A stretch of DNA of 64,000 nucleotides from Novosphingobium sp. (GTDB lineage: Bacteria; Pseudomonadota; Alphaproteobacteria; Sphingomonadales; Sphingomonadaceae). The DNA is taken from the NCBI GenBank assembly GCA_050248535.1, contig JBFWSE010000002.1, positions 3,209 to 67,208 on the forward strand, read 5' to 3'. A model generated the notes under the pieces. That model made no database searches. It was not told where the DNA came from and was given only the letters and a program-made list of their open reading frames with translations. Positions 39,101 through 48,821 of the stretch are shown one piece after another. Position 1 is the stretch's first letter, and each line of letters begins with the position of its first letter. A program made the translations under genes and the position numbers.

Positions 39101-40030
39101 GTGCGTCGCTGGCTGGCTGTCGCATTGCTGCTTGGTGCTACCAGCGCCGGAGCGGCGCGAGTCGATTATGCGACAATGATACCCACGCTCAAGGCGCACG
39201 ACGCGAGGCTCTTGTCGATCGGATGGAGGCTCGCCCGCGCCAATGCCGGCTTTTGCCGCAACAGCGCGCCCGCGGCAGGGCTGATGCTGGTAGATCTGGG
39301 TGATTTCGGCCGTCCTGCGGAAGCACGGGCCGCCATGGGCATTGAGGGCAATATCGCCGTGATCGCCGTCGCCCCGGGCGGGCCGGCCCAGCGCGCGGGT
39401 GTCGGCGCGGGCGAACACTTCCAGGCGATCGACGGAACGCCGGTTGCCGATCTGAAGGGCGCCTATGCACGGCTCGATACGGCAATGGCCAGCCGGGGCA
39501 GCGCCACGCTGACCGTCGCGGCGGCGCGAACCGCGGCGCGCACTGTCGTCGTTATGGGCGAAAATGCGTGCCGCGGACATTTCGAACTGCTGGTCGGCCG
39601 CAAGATCGCCCAGACCGACGGCTTGCGTATCGAAGTCAGCGTCGATCTGCTCGCCGAACGCGCCCAGGATGACGAAGCGGCCTTCATGGCGGCGCACGAA
39701 CTGGCCCATGTCGCATTGGCCCATCGTGCCCGGCTCGATGCGGGCTCGCGCAACTACATCACTGTGCGGCGGACCGAGCGCGAGGCCGATCGGCTCGCCC
39801 CCTGGTTGATGGCCAATGCGGGGTACGATCCGGCAGGCGCATCGCGCTACATGGCATTCTGGGGGCCGCGCCACAGCGGCGGCATCACCCGTCTGCCGAC
39901 TCACGATTCCTGGCGAGACCGGCTGGCGCTGATCGATGAGGAAGTGGCCAGAGTGAAAGCGGCGCGCGCCGCGCAGCCTGTTGGCCCGCTCGATTGGCGC
40001 GGTCACTTTCCGTTCGGCGAAAAGCCTTGA
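39101..40030 (+). CDS. Exported PDZ-domain + M48-type peptidase
   Basis: Signal peptide; PDZ-like PGGPAQRAGV...IDG; AHELAH, EREAD, AGYDP, THDS. Confidence 0.8.
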   Translation: MRRWLAVALLLGATSAGAARVDYATMIPTLKAHDARLLSIGWRLARANAGFCRNSAPAAGLMLVDLGDFGRPAEARAAMGIEGNIAVIAVAPGGPAQRAGVGAGEHFQAIDGTPVADLKGAYARLDTAMASRGSATLTVAAARTAARTVVVMGENACRGHFELLVGRKIAQTDGLRIEVSVDLLAERAQDDEAAFMAAHELAHVALAHRARLDAGSRNYITVRRTEREADRLAPWLMANAGYDPAGASRYMAFWGPRHSGGITRLPTHDSWRDRLALIDEEVARVKAARAAQPVGPLDWRGHFPFGEKP

Positions 40031-40077
40031 GCAGACAGGGATTTCGCACTCGCCGCATTTTCGGCTAGACTATCGCA

Positions 40078-41241
40078 ATGGCCGTACTGCCGTTTCGCCC
40101 TACTCCGTTTTTCGCCAACAAGAACCAGGCGTTCTGGCGGCTGCAGGCCGTCGGCTGGGGCGGCGCCATGATGATGCGTGCGATGTCGGCGCTGGCCAAT
40201 GCTCAGCCGCTTTCCTTCCTGGTGCTGGTGCTGATCTCGACGCTTACCGGTTTTTCGATTTCGCTGATCCTGGCCGTTATCTACCGCAGCCTGATCGCCA
40301 AACGGCCGCTGGTCACCTGGGGGCTGACGATCGGGTTGGTGCTGCCTGTGGCCGTCGGCCTCAATGCCTTTATCGATGCCTGGGTCATCAGCCTCTACCG
40401 CCCGGACACCGAATCGAGCTTCGCCCAGTTGTTTATCGGCGTGTTCTATCTGGACGCCACGCTGCTGGTCTCCTGGTCGGCGCTCTATTACGCGATCAAT
40501 TTCTTTATCCAGGTCGAAGAGCAGAACGACCAGCTGATGCGGCTGGAAAACCAGGCGACCAGCGCCCAGCTGGCCATGCTGCGCTATCAGCTCAATCCGC
40601 ATTTCCTGTTCAACACGCTGAACTCGATTTCGACCCTGGTGCTGCTGAAACAGACCGAGCCGGCCAATGCCATGTTGAGCCGCCTGTCCTCGTTCCTGCG
40701 CTATACGCTGATCAACGAACCCACCGGGCTGGTCACGGTTGCCCAGGAAATCGAGACGCTCAAACTCTATCTCGATATCGAGCGCATGCGCTTCGAGGAC
40801 CGGTTGCGCACGCATTTCAACGTCGAGCCGGCGACCGAGACCGCACTGATGCCTTCGCTGCTGCTGCAACCGCTGGTCGAGAATGCGATCAAATATGCGG
40901 TGTCGGCGCAGGAAACCGGTGCGGAAATCGACATCGCTACGCAACTCGTCGGGTCCAGGCTTCGTATCACCGTTTCGGATACCGGTCCGGGATTGCAAAG
41001 CAAGGCGCGCGGCAACAGGCTGTCGGGCGTGACATACGATGGCGGCGAACAGGTATCGACGGGCGTCGGCCTCGCGAACACGCGCGACCGGTTGATCCAG
41101 GCCTATGGCGACGAGCACCGGTTCGAAATCCTCGACCCGCCCGAAGGAGGATTTTCGGTCATGATCGAGATGCCCGTCGAACGCGCCGAAGCGGTACCTG
41201 CCGAACCCGAAGCGCCCCGGCTCGTCGCCGCCGCAAATTGA
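40078..41241 (+). CDS. LytS/YehU-type sensor histidine kinase
   Basis: 4-5 N-terminal TM; LRYQLNPHFLFNTLNSI, LQPLVENAIKY, DTGPG, GVGLAN. Confidence 0.95.
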   Translation: MAVLPFRPTPFFANKNQAFWRLQAVGWGGAMMMRAMSALANAQPLSFLVLVLISTLTGFSISLILAVIYRSLIAKRPLVTWGLTIGLVLPVAVGLNAFIDAWVISLYRPDTESSFAQLFIGVFYLDATLLVSWSALYYAINFFIQVEEQNDQLMRLENQATSAQLAMLRYQLNPHFLFNTLNSISTLVLLKQTEPANAMLSRLSSFLRYTLINEPTGLVTVAQEIETLKLYLDIERMRFEDRLRTHFNVEPATETALMPSLLLQPLVENAIKYAVSAQETGAEIDIATQLVGSRLRITVSDTGPGLQSKARGNRLSGVTYDGGEQVSTGVGLANTRDRLIQAYGDEHRFEILDPPEGGFSVMIEMPVERAEAVPAEPEAPRLVAAAN

Positions 41242-41297
41242 ATTTCCGTCATGCAGTCCCACATGACGCCACCACTGAACAACATTGAGACAGTCGC

Positions 41298-42095
41298 ATG
41301 AGCATACGCACTATCCTCGTCGATGACGAAAAACTGGCTATTCAGGGCCTCCAGTTGCGGCTGGAGAAATTCCCCGAAGTCGAAGTGATCGACACCTGTT
41401 CGAACGGGCGCGAAGCGATCCGCAAGATCAAGACGGAAAAGCCCGACCTGGTCTTTCTCGACATCCAGATGCCAGGCTTCGATGGCTTTTCGGTGGTCAA
41501 GGGAGTCATGGAAATCGAGCCGCCGCTGATCGTCTTCGTGACGGCCTATGAAGAGCACGCGGTGCGCGCATTCGAGGCGAATGCCGTCAATTACCTGATG
41601 AAGCCGGTGGACGAAGACAAGCTGGCCGACACGCTGGACCGGGTGAAGACACGCATTGCCGAAAAACGCTCTGCAGAAGAAGCCGAAAAACTCAAGAACG
41701 TTCTCGCGGAAGTCGCGCCCGATGCCATGGAGGCGATGCCCGAGGAAGAGGACATGGCCGCCAGCCGGTTTGAAAAGCTCATCAATATCAAGGACCGCGG
41801 CCAAATCTTCCGCATCGATGTCGACAGCATCGAACACATCGAAGCGGCGGGCGACTATATGTGCATCCGCACGGCCGACAATTCGCTGATCCTGCGCGAA
41901 ACCATGAAGGACCTCGAACGCCGGCTCGATCCGCGGGTGTTCCAGCGGGTCCACCGCTCGACCATCGTCAATCTCAATCAGGTGCGCCAGGTCAAGCCGC
42001 ACACCAATGGCGAATGCTTCCTGGTGCTTGAATCGGGCGCACAAGTGAAGGTAAGCCGCTCATACCGCGATGTGGTTGCGCGCTTCGTGCACTGA
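41298..42095 (+). CDS. LytTR-family response regulator
   Basis: LVDDE, FLDIQMP, FVTAY, YLMKP receiver; EAAGDY, FQRVHRSTIVNL, VSRSY LytTR domain. Confidence 0.96.
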   Translation: MSIRTILVDDEKLAIQGLQLRLEKFPEVEVIDTCSNGREAIRKIKTEKPDLVFLDIQMPGFDGFSVVKGVMEIEPPLIVFVTAYEEHAVRAFEANAVNYLMKPVDEDKLADTLDRVKTRIAEKRSAEEAEKLKNVLAEVAPDAMEAMPEEEDMAASRFEKLINIKDRGQIFRIDVDSIEHIEAAGDYMCIRTADNSLILRETMKDLERRLDPRVFQRVHRSTIVNLNQVRQVKPHTNGECFLVLESGAQVKVSRSYRDVVARFVH

Positions 42096-42462
42096 TTTCC
42101 CTGTCCGCAGCATCGGCGCGAAAAGTACAGACGTTCGCGCCCAGGCGCAATCACTGCAAATCGGGAAGTTTGGCGGGCCCCACAGGAGGGGGCGCGGGAA
42201 CCCGCCGTGGCGCTTTGCGCTCTTGTGATTTGGCCAGTTCGCTGACCGGATGCAGCCGCGTTACCGCGACCGACAGGCTTCCTCTCCCCTCCAGACCGAT
42301 GGAGCCGAGATGGCTCCCTGAAGCCGGGCTAGGCCGCATCGCATGAAGTCACAACTGCGAGAACTGTGCCGAAAAGCTGAACTGCATTGCCGATCCGCCA
42401 GCGAATCGGGTGCCAGCCGCCGGATTTTGCCTTGGCGACCAAGCAGTGGTAGTCGCCATTCC

Positions 42463-43062
42463 ATGGAAATGGGGATTCAACAGCGGCAAGGACTTGTCCC
42501 GACTGACGCCCGGCAATTGCGCTCGCGCGGGGCACTCAAGGGCGCCTTGCTTGACCTGCTCGACGAGCGGCCGTTCGACAGCCTGTCGATCAGGGAAATT
42601 TCGGCGCGGGCAGGCACCGGCTATGCCACCTTTTTCCGTAACTACCCCGACAAGGAAGCGCTGCTTGCCGATGTCGCTTCGGAAGAAATCGCCAACCTGC
42701 TGGCCATGACCCAGCCGATCTTCGACGCCGAAAGCAGCGCCGAGACGACGCGTGCGCTGTGCCAATATATCGATGGGCATCGCAAATTGTGGGCGGCGCT
42801 GCTGACCGGAGGGGCAGCCGGCATTCTGCGCGCCGAGTTCATCCGCCAGGCGCGGGAACTCGCTGCTTCCATGCCTGGACCCGAAAGCTGGCTTCCTGCC
42901 GATCTTGCCGTGGTTTACGGTACTGGCGCGACAATAGATTTGCTGGCCTGGTGGCTGGCGCAGGACGAAGACTATACGCCGGGCCGGATCGCCGAAATCC
43001 TCGATCGCTTGATTATTGCTCCCTTGGTGGGCGATATGCCGCGAGCGAGTAAAACCTGCTGA
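42463..43062 (+). CDS. TetR/AcrR-family regulator
   Basis: HTH LSIREISARAGTGYATFFRNYPDKEAL; start probably 42463 or 42469. Confidence 0.9.
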   Translation: MEMGIQQRQGLVPTDARQLRSRGALKGALLDLLDERPFDSLSIREISARAGTGYATFFRNYPDKEALLADVASEEIANLLAMTQPIFDAESSAETTRALCQYIDGHRKLWAALLTGGAAGILRAEFIRQARELAASMPGPESWLPADLAVVYGTGATIDLLAWWLAQDEDYTPGRIAEILDRLIIAPLVGDMPRASKTC

Positions 43063-43214
43063 GGCGCCGGGACCGCGCGCCTGCGTTCAGTTTCGCGCAA
43101 TCCCGTTCAGCTTAGAAACCGTTCTCACCGAACACGATCGCCTATGGAATTTTGTGAATTCGAGTATATGAGCCCTCGCTCAAGATGCAGCCAGCATCGC
43201 AGGAAAGGTTCGAG

Positions 43215-43526
43215 ATGAAATACTTGGTACTGGCCACTGTCATTTCTGCAATTTCCGCCGCCCCCGCACTTGCCGATGACGCTGCGGCATCCGCGCCGGC
43301 CGCGCCCGCCTATTCGACTTCGGACAGCACCATCGGCACGCTGCTGGACAATCCAGCGACAAAGGCGGTGCTGGAAAAGCACGTGGCTGCCATGGTCGGC
43401 AATCCGCAGATCGAAATGGCCCGCGGCATGACACTCAAGCAGATACAAGGCTTTGCCGGCGATGCGTTGAGCGATGAAGTTCTCGCCCAGATTGACGCCG
43501 ATCTCGCCACGATCCCGACAAAATAG
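43215..43526 (+). CDS. Small exported hypothetical protein
   Basis: RBS AGGAAAGG, signal peptide with ALA site; helical domain TIGTLLDNPATKAVLEKH...IDADLA. Confidence 0.8.
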   Translation: MKYLVLATVISAISAAPALADDAAASAPAAPAYSTSDSTIGTLLDNPATKAVLEKHVAAMVGNPQIEMARGMTLKQIQGFAGDALSDEVLAQIDADLATIPTK

Positions 43527-43542
43527 GATTGAGGATCAAACA

Positions 43543-43926
43543 TTGAATACCGCTTTCAAGTTCATTCTTCCGATCACCGCCGCAGGCGCCGCGCTGATTG
43601 CCAGCGCGGCGCCTGCGGCTGGCCCTGGTCCCGATGGCGCAACCTTGTTTCGCCAGCGTTGCGCGAGTTGCCACAACATGTCGCCGGGCGCCCGCGCCGT
43701 GCTTGCGCCCAGCCTGATCGGTGTTGTCGGCCGCAAGGCGGGTTCGACCCAGTTCAACTATTCCCCCGCGCTCAAGGCTTCGAACCTGACCTGGACTAGG
43801 GCCAACCTTGACCAATTCCTCGCAGCGCCTGGGCGCAAGGTGCCTGGCACGCGCATGGTGATTTCCCTGACCGACGCGCAACAGCGGGCAGCCGTTCTCA
43901 ACTACCTCGCGCGCCCGAATCCCTGA
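43543..43926 (+). CDS. Class I cytochrome c (c2-like)
   Basis: TTG start after GAGGA; signal peptide; CASCH heme motif, VVGRKAG, YSPALK, PGTRM (axial Met). Confidence 0.93.
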   Translation: MNTAFKFILPITAAGAALIASAAPAAGPGPDGATLFRQRCASCHNMSPGARAVLAPSLIGVVGRKAGSTQFNYSPALKASNLTWTRANLDQFLAAPGRKVPGTRMVISLTDAQQRAAVLNYLARPNP

Positions 43927-43929
43927 ATC

Positions 43930-44907
43930 ATGAGCGAAGCTCTGCTCGAAGATGCGGACTGGCCGCTCTTCGGCTGGGCCGACGATATTCGCCCGGCCTT
44001 GCGCCGGGCGTTGGAAGCCGGCCGGCCGGTCGCGCTGGCGACCCTGTTCAAGGTCGAAGGCAGCGCGCCGCGTGGCGCCGGGGCGCAGATGCTGTTCGAC
44101 GGGGCGAAGGCCAGCGGCTATTTCTCGGGCGACTGCATCGAAGGCGATGTCGCCCGCCATGCCGCAGAAGTGCTGGCCGATGGGGTGCCGCGTCATCTGC
44201 ACTACGGCATGGGCAGCCCGTGGATCGACATCCGCCTGCGCTGCGGCGGGGCGCTGCATATCCTGGTGGAGCGTATCGATACGGCCGGAGCAGCGGCGCG
44301 GGACTTACTCGGCCATGCCGGTGCGCGCCGCCAATGCATCTGGTCGAGCGATGGCAAGGACCAGAAGATCATCCCCGGTGACGGTCCGCTGCTGGCCCGC
44401 GAAGACAGTCCCTTGCGCATAGCTCGCCGTTACGATCCACCACGCAGGCTGATCGTATCGGGCGGCGATCCCGGGGCTCTTGCCCTGGCCAGGCTCAGCA
44501 TGGAAGCGCAGCTCGAAACCGTTCTGATCAGGCCCGACGGTCCCGAAGGACCGCCGCCGTTCCCGGTTTCGCGCTATCTGCGCGAAGAACCGGCAGAAGC
44601 GCTTGCCGCGATCGGGCTCGACAGCTGGACCGCCTATGTCGGCGCAACTCACGAAGACCACCACGACTTAGCCGCCTGCCTCTATGCCCTGCGCCACGGC
44701 GCGGCCTATGTCGCGATGATCGGCGCGAAAGTGCGCGCCGAGGGGCGGCTTGAGGCTCTGGCCGCGGCGGGCGCGAGCCAGGAGGAACTCGCCCGGCTGC
44801 ACCTCTCGCCCGGCATTCCGGGATTGGGCAAGGCGCCCTGGGAAGTCGCCATCGGGATTTTCGCCCAGCTGCTGCAGGCGATGAACCCGGCGCGCGAGCG
44901 GGCGTGA
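43930..44907 (+). CDS. xdhC: XdhC/CoxI-family molybdoenzyme maturation factor
   Basis: VEGSAPRGAGAQM, SGDCIEGD, LRCGG, YVAMIGAKVR, EVAIGIFAQL. Confidence 0.9.
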   Translation: MSEALLEDADWPLFGWADDIRPALRRALEAGRPVALATLFKVEGSAPRGAGAQMLFDGAKASGYFSGDCIEGDVARHAAEVLADGVPRHLHYGMGSPWIDIRLRCGGALHILVERIDTAGAAARDLLGHAGARRQCIWSSDGKDQKIIPGDGPLLAREDSPLRIARRYDPPRRLIVSGGDPGALALARLSMEAQLETVLIRPDGPEGPPPFPVSRYLREEPAEALAAIGLDSWTAYVGATHEDHHDLAACLYALRHGAAYVAMIGAKVRAEGRLEALAAAGASQEELARLHLSPGIPGLGKAPWEVAIGIFAQLLQAMNPARERA

Positions 44908-45476
44908 GCCTTGCCGCCATCGTCCTGGCCGCGGGCGCGGGCAGGCGCTTTGGCGGCGGCAAGCTGGCCGCGCTGTTCCGGGGAGAGCCGCTGGTTTGCC
45001 ATGCCATCCGCGCGGCGCGGGCCGCGCCCGTCGACCGGGTGATCGTGGTCTGTTCGCCCGAACTTGAAATCGGCGACTGGCGGGGCGAGCCCCGGATCGA
45101 GATCGTGCGTCTCGTCAGCCCGGAACTGTCGGCCTCGCTGAAGGCAGGGATTGCTGCGGCGGCGGATACGCAAGGCGCATTTATCTTCCTTGGCGATATG
45201 CCACTGGTGCCGCATGACCTGGCCGGCCGCCTTGCCGCTGTGCTCGGCACGAATTTCGCCGCCGTGCCCCGCCATGCCGGTCGCAATGGCCATCCCGTGT
45301 TGCTCTCCGCCCGGGCCTTCGCGCCGATTGCCGGTCTTCAGGGCGATGAAGGCGCAGGGCGGCTGATCAATGCGCGCGAAGATATTGCATTCCTGGACAG
45401 CGCGGACGAAGGTGTGCTCCTCGATATCGACCGGGCCGAGGACATGGCCCGGCTGGAAAAACGCGGAGAGGCCTGA
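44904..45476 (+). CDS. MocA-like nucleotidyltransferase (molybdenum cofactor cytidylyltransferase family)
   Basis: IVLAAGAGRRFGGGK, FLGDMP, GHPVL, GDEGAG, LDID; 4-nt overlap with xdhC. Confidence 0.88.
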   Translation: MSLAAIVLAAGAGRRFGGGKLAALFRGEPLVCHAIRAARAAPVDRVIVVCSPELEIGDWRGEPRIEIVRLVSPELSASLKAGIAAAADTQGAFIFLGDMPLVPHDLAGRLAAVLGTNFAAVPRHAGRNGHPVLLSARAFAPIAGLQGDEGAGRLINAREDIAFLDSADEGVLLDIDRAEDMARLEKRGEA

Positions 45477-45478
45477 AT

Positions 45479-47617
45479 ATGATACCTCACGGCGCAAGAC
45501 TGCTGCTGAGCGCGGCATTGCTGGCGGGCGCCTCGCCGCTCTGGGCCGAAACGCCATCGGTCGCGCTTGGCGCAGATGCCGATTCGGCCAATCCCGGCGC
45601 CGACGCCCAGTTCAAGGAACCTTTCATCGATGTCGATGAATGGCGCGATGCGCCCGTGCGCCACCGCTATGTCCATGGCGGTTTCAAGGGCACGGACATG
45701 CGATTTTCATTCTACCTGCCGCCCAAGGAACAATTCCAGGGCCGCTTCTTCCAGTATGTGACTCCGGTTCCGGACAGCGAAAACCTGTCGCAGACGGTTC
45801 TCGTCAGCGACAACAATATCGGCTTTGCCGCCGATTCCGGCGCCTATTTCATCGAGACCAATGGCGGCGGGACCAGCGCCACCGCCGGTCCCGGCTTCCG
45901 CGCCGATCCCTCCATCGGCGGCTACCGGGCCAATGCCGCCGCCGCGCGATATTCACGCGTCGTGGCAGCCGAAATGTATGGGCCCCGGCGTATTTACGGC
46001 TACATCTATGGCGGCAGCGGCGGCGGCTATCGCACGATGGGCAGCATGGAGCACACCAGCGGCGTTTGGGATGGCGCCGTGCCTTTCGTGCTCGGCACGC
46101 CGACCGCCTCACCCAACAATTTCTCGATCCGCATGCATGCCATGCGGATCCTGTGGGACAAGTTCCCGCAGATTGTCGATGCAATGGATGCGGGCGGCAG
46201 TGGCGATCCCTATGCAGGCCTGAACGAAGAGGAGGCAGGAGCGCTGCGCGAGGCGACGCGGCTGGGCTTCCCGCCGGCAAGCTGGTTCGGCTACAAGACC
46301 ATGGGCGTCCATGCCTTTACGGCGATCTACCAGGGCATGGTCATGGCCGATCCGGCCTACTTCGAGGATTTCTGGACCAAGCCCGGCTACCTCGGCTTCG
46401 ATCCGCCTGAATCGCTCAGGAAAGCCCGCCTGCAATTCGTTACCAAGATAGCAGCGCCGCTTTCGACCGCAGACCTCGAGGCACGCGGGCTTGCACCCGC
46501 CCGGCTTCCAGGTCAGCCGCGCGATGCGGGACGCGGCACGGCGGACCTGGCGTGGCAGGCGCTGGCAGGGCAAGGCAGTTCGCGGCCGATGGCTTTCGAA
46601 CTGGCCGATACGCCGCCCGACGTCGGTTTCATCGGCGGCGACCTGTACGTGCTTTCGGGCGAGGCCAAAGGCAAACGCATCGCGCTGCGTGCGCTTCAGG
46701 GCAATGTCATCAGCCTGGGCGTGGTCGCCGATCTCGCGGCCCTGGCCAAGCTCAAGCCGGGCGACGAAGTGTGCGTCGACAATTCGAATTTCCTCGCCGC
46801 ACAGACCTATCACCGCCACCAGGTCCCTGACGCCAGCTACACCAATTACGACCAGTTCCGCGGACCCGATGGCAAGCCGCTCTACCCGCAGCGCCAGATG
46901 CTGCTCGGCCCGATGTTCGCTACAGGCGCGGCGGGATCTGCGCTCAGCGGCAGGTTCAATGGCCGGATCATCCTGGTCCAGTCGGGACTCGATCGCGAAG
47001 CTGTCCCCAATCAGGCGGACTGGTACCGGCGCAAATGGGATTCGCTCTACGGCAAGGATGCGGCGAACAAATATCGCCAATGGTTCACCGAAAATGCCCT
47101 TCACGGCTACAATGAGGACCGTGATGCCAGTACGCGCGTGGTCAGCTATCTGCCCATGCTGCAACAGGCGCTGCGCGACGTTTCGGCCTGGGTGGAAAAA
47201 GGCACACCGCCGCCCGCGAACAGTTCGTATCGCATGGCCGATGGCCAGGTAATCCTTGCCCCCACGGCCACCGCGCGCAAGGGCATTCAGCCACTGGTCT
47301 CGGTACTGGCCAATGGCGGCGCGCGAGCAGAAGTCGCGGCTGGTCAGCCGGTCCGCTTCACCGGCACCATCGAAGTTCCGCCCGGCACCGGCTATGTCGT
47401 CGGCGCCGAATGGGATTTCGAAGGCAAGGGCGATTATCCCGTCACCACCCGCGTCCCCGACCGGCGGACCAAGGCGACCGTATCGACAACTTACACGTTC
47501 ACCAGGCCCGGAACCTATTTTGCCGTGCTGCGCGGCTATTCGCAGCGCAGCGGCAACAAGACGACGCCTTTCGCCCGAATCAAGAATCTGGCACGAGCAC
47601 GAGTGGTCGTGAAATGA
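45479..47617 (+). CDS. Large exported protein, probable alpha/beta-hydrolase with C-terminal PKD/Ig-like domain
   Basis: Signal peptide; nucleophile-elbow-like YIYGGSGGGY; GLDREA and ENALHG as possible triad Asp/His; tail WDFEGKG...YTFTRPGTYFAVLR. Confidence 0.7.
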   Translation: MIPHGARLLLSAALLAGASPLWAETPSVALGADADSANPGADAQFKEPFIDVDEWRDAPVRHRYVHGGFKGTDMRFSFYLPPKEQFQGRFFQYVTPVPDSENLSQTVLVSDNNIGFAADSGAYFIETNGGGTSATAGPGFRADPSIGGYRANAAAARYSRVVAAEMYGPRRIYGYIYGGSGGGYRTMGSMEHTSGVWDGAVPFVLGTPTASPNNFSIRMHAMRILWDKFPQIVDAMDAGGSGDPYAGLNEEEAGALREATRLGFPPASWFGYKTMGVHAFTAIYQGMVMADPAYFEDFWTKPGYLGFDPPESLRKARLQFVTKIAAPLSTADLEARGLAPARLPGQPRDAGRGTADLAWQALAGQGSSRPMAFELADTPPDVGFIGGDLYVLSGEAKGKRIALRALQGNVISLGVVADLAALAKLKPGDEVCVDNSNFLAAQTYHRHQVPDASYTNYDQFRGPDGKPLYPQRQMLLGPMFATGAAGSALSGRFNGRIILVQSGLDREAVPNQADWYRRKWDSLYGKDAANKYRQWFTENALHGYNEDRDASTRVVSYLPMLQQALRDVSAWVEKGTPPPANSSYRMADGQVILAPTATARKGIQPLVSVLANGGARAEVAAGQPVRFTGTIEVPPGTGYVVGAEWDFEGKGDYPVTTRVPDRRTKATVSTTYTFTRPGTYFAVLRGYSQRSGNKTTPFARIKNLARARVVVK

Positions 47618-48765
47618 CTGACTTTTCCGGACTTTTCACGCCATTCCAGCTCGGCAAGTTCACTCTGCCCAACCGTTTCGTCTTCCCGCCGATGGGTCTC
47701 GAAGTCTGCGAAAACGGCATTCCAGGCGACGACGCCGCCGAATACTACGCCCGCCGCGCCCAGGGCGGGGCCAGCCTGGTGATCACCGAAGGCGCCTATA
47801 TCGACCACCCTTCGTCGGGCGACAATCCGCTGCTCGGGCGGATCAAGGGCGAGGATTCGTGGGAGGCCTGGCGCAACGTCGCCACCAAAGTCCACCGCGA
47901 GGGCGGCATCTGCTTTCCGGAGCTGTGGCACGTCGGCCTGATCCCCAGCGGCCCTGACCTGCTGGCCGGCAAGGGGATCGTCTATCGCCCCGAACTCGGC
48001 CAGGTCAGCCCTTCGGGATACATCGCACCGGGGATGAAGGTCTGCGATGGCATGACCCAGGCCCAGATCGACGAAGTGATCCGCGCCTATGCCATCAGCA
48101 CGGCCAAATCGGTCGAGCTGGGCTTCGACGGGATCGAGCTGCACGGCGCGCATGGCTATGTCATCGATCAGTTCCTGTGGAAGGAGCTGAACCACCGCAC
48201 TGACAAGTATGGCGGCAGCCCCCGCGCGCGCGGCCAGTTCGCCGCCGAGGTTGTGCGCGCCTGCCGCGAACAGCTCGAGCCGGGCATGCCGCTGATCCTG
48301 CGCACCTCGTTCTGGAAGATGGCCGACTTCGACGCCCGCCTGGCCGACACGCCGCAGGAGCTGGAAGAGCTGTTCGCCCCGATGGTCGAGGCAGGCGTCG
48401 ACCTGTTCGACTGCTCGCAGCGCCGTTTCTGGGAACCCACATTCGACGACGGCAGCGATCTCAACCTGGCCGGCTGGATCAAGAAAGTTACTGGCGTTCC
48501 CACCTGCACGATCGGCTCGATCGGGCTGGAGCTCGATTTCCTCGCCAGCCTCAGCTCGGCCGAAGCCGTGGCCGAGCTCGATATCGGCCGGCTCGACGAC
48601 CTGATGCGCCGGTTCGATCGCGGCGACTTCGATCTGGTCGCGGTTGGCAGGGCGATGATTGCCGAACCGGACTGGCCAAAGCTGGTGCAGGCGGGCCGGT
48701 TCGGCGAACTCAAACCCTTCTCGGCAACGCTGATGGCCGATCCGCTCATGGCGCATGCGAAGTAG
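47614..48765 (+). CDS. NADH:flavin oxidoreductase (old yellow enzyme family)
   Basis: Start 47614 overlapping upstream stop; NRFVFPPM, YYARRA, GIELHGAHGYVIDQF, NHRTDKYGG, VAVGRAMIAEPDW. Confidence 0.94.
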   Translation: MTDFSGLFTPFQLGKFTLPNRFVFPPMGLEVCENGIPGDDAAEYYARRAQGGASLVITEGAYIDHPSSGDNPLLGRIKGEDSWEAWRNVATKVHREGGICFPELWHVGLIPSGPDLLAGKGIVYRPELGQVSPSGYIAPGMKVCDGMTQAQIDEVIRAYAISTAKSVELGFDGIELHGAHGYVIDQFLWKELNHRTDKYGGSPRARGQFAAEVVRACREQLEPGMPLILRTSFWKMADFDARLADTPQELEELFAPMVEAGVDLFDCSQRRFWEPTFDDGSDLNLAGWIKKVTGVPTCTIGSIGLELDFLASLSSAEAVAELDIGRLDDLMRRFDRGDFDLVAVGRAMIAEPDWPKLVQAGRFGELKPFSATLMADPLMAHAK

Positions 48766-48777
48766 GCGCGCCTCAGA

Positions 48778-48819
48778 GTCTGATTCGAAATTCGCGATAG
48801 GGCGAATTTCGGATCAGAC
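48778..48819. terminator. 18-bp stem hairpin between convergent genes (bidirectional terminator or REP-like)
   Basis: GTCTGATTCGAAATTCGC-gatagg-GCGAATTTCGGATCAGAC, one G-T wobble; no U-tract. Confidence 0.65.
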
Positions 48820-48821
48820 AC

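Noticed and set aside
47536-48756. 406-aa minus-strand ORF
   Set aside because: Antisense shadow of the OYE gene
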